Source: Prochloraceae cyanobacterium
GTDB taxonomy: Bacteria; Cyanobacteriota; Cyanobacteriia; PCC-6307; Cyanobiaceae
DNA: 64,000 bases
Reading direction: 5' to 3'
NCBI GenBank assembly: GCA_040377855.1
Contig: JBEINY010000001.1
Location: 6,814-70,813, forward strand
Each line of letters begins with the position of its first letter. Position 1 is the first letter of the stretch. The position numbers and the translations under genes were made by a program. Below the pieces are notes generated by a model. That model made no database searches, was not told the origin of the DNA, and worked only from the letters and a program-made list of their open reading frames with translations. Shown here one piece after another: positions 63,275 through 64,000 of the stretch.

Positions 63275-64000
63275 GGCTTCACCTCCATGGCAAGCAGTGC
63301 CTGTTCAATCTCCACCTGGTGCTCCACCAGAGGCTCCCCGGTGCCATAGCCATAGGGACCACGGATCACCGTGGGCACGTGCTCCTCGAAATTCTCGGCG
63401 GGAGGCGGCGATGGCAGCAGCCATTCCAGCCCGATCGCCTGCCAGGGATTGGAAGAGGCCTTCGGTCCCCGCAACCAGGAACTGATCATGTTGAGAAGAA
63501 ACGGAATGATCGAAACCCCAAGCAGGAAGGCCCCAAGACTGGCGAGCACGTTCCAGAAGGCGAACTGAGGGTCGTAGGAAGAAACCCGGCGGGGCATGCC
63601 CATCAACCCGAGGGGGTGCATGGGCAGGAAGTTGAGATTGGCACCAAGGAAGGTGAGGGCAAAATGAAGCTTGCCCAAACCTTCATAGGTCATGTGACCG
63701 GTAAACTTCGGGAACCAGTGATAGATCGCTGCGAAGATTCCCATCACGGCCGCGCCATAAATCACATAGTGAAAATGGCCAACCACGAAGTAGGTGTTGC
63801 TGACATGAAGATCAATCGGCACGGTGGCAAGCATCACGCCGGTGATGCCCGCGAACACAAAATTGAACAGGCCACCGATGCAGAAGAGCATCGCCGTTGT
63901 CAGGCGGATCTTTCCTCCCCACATGGTGGCCAGCCAGGCAAACACCTTCACCCCCGTAGGCACCGCAATCAGCATGGTGGTGACCATGTAGAGGTTGCGC
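63271..64000 (-). CDS. ctaD: cytochrome c oxidase subunit I (C-terminal part; N-terminus lies beyond the window edge)
   Basis: …HVSNTYFVVGHFHYVIYGAAV…GMPRR…PFLLNMISS… The frame stays open to position 64000, and the track lists only the part from an internal Met. The stop overlaps the ctaE ATG (ATGA at 63271-63274). Confidence 0.93.
   Translation of the reverse strand, partial: RNLYMVTTMLIAVPTGVKVFAWLATMWGGKIRLTTAMLFCIGGLFNFVFAGITGVMLATVPIDLHVSNTYFVVGHFHYVIYGAAVMGIFAAIYHWFPKFTGHMTYEGLGKLHFALTFLGANLNFLPMHPLGLMGMPRRVSSYDPQFAFWNVLASLGAFLLGVSIIPFLLNMISSWLRGPKASSNPWQAIGLEWLLPSPPPAENFEEHVPTVIRGPYGYGTGEPLVEHQVEIEQALLAMEVKP

Noticed and set aside
1-64000. Mobile elements, prophage genes, restriction-modification or known defence-system genes.
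   Set aside because: I recognised no transposase, integrase, phage structural, methyltransferase or cas-like protein in any frame. SbcCD and RecBCD look like the canonical repair enzymes rather than defence-system variants.

Overview
This is a high-GC chromosomal segment; sampled lines in the first ~56 kb are about two-thirds G+C. The gene content (psbP/CyanoP, psbY, ycf54, crtH, RRM-type Rbp, enriched HIP1 octamers) points to a Synechococcus/Cyanobium-type picocyanobacterium, which is an inference. I can support about 60 protein genes, one tRNA-Lys(UUU), one 17-bp tandem repeat and several stem-loops. I recognised no rRNA, CRISPR array, transposase or integrase.

Housekeeping content:
- Metabolism and stress: pyrC, hsp20, lipA, pdxJ, plsC-like acyltransferase, bolA-grx, trmFO, a gamma-CA-like protein.
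- Transport: a complete aapJQMP-like amino-acid ABC operon.
- DNA repair: recR, a phosphoesterase-recC-recB-recD operon, sbcDC.
- RNA and cold-shock-type genes: rbp and a DEAD-box helicase.

Candidates worth a second look:
1. The last ~7.4 kb is much lower in GC. There, cytochrome oxidase genes ctaD-ctaE run with a 2-nt gap into GMC flavoprotein, GH63-like glycosidase and a second GMC flavoprotein. This may be a glycoside-oxidising respiratory module.
2. Next to it sits a glucose-1-dehydrogenase / RidA / cupin / gluconolactonase / GlcG-VOC-VOC / DoxX cluster. It contains a Nif11-type leader peptide whose tail lacks GG and Cys, set 6 nt upstream of the GlcG-VOC-VOC gene.
3. Two half-size FUSC/ArAE exporters are translationally coupled to TolC. 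They are convergent with an NHLM-type HlyD protein that has no peptidase-ABC partner nearby.
4. A hypothetical protein shows a HicA-like N-terminus and an eRF1/Dom34-like C-terminus.
5. An OmpR-type response regulator has a degenerate phospho-acceptor pocket.

All functional calls come from reading motifs in the supplied translations. No database search was possible.
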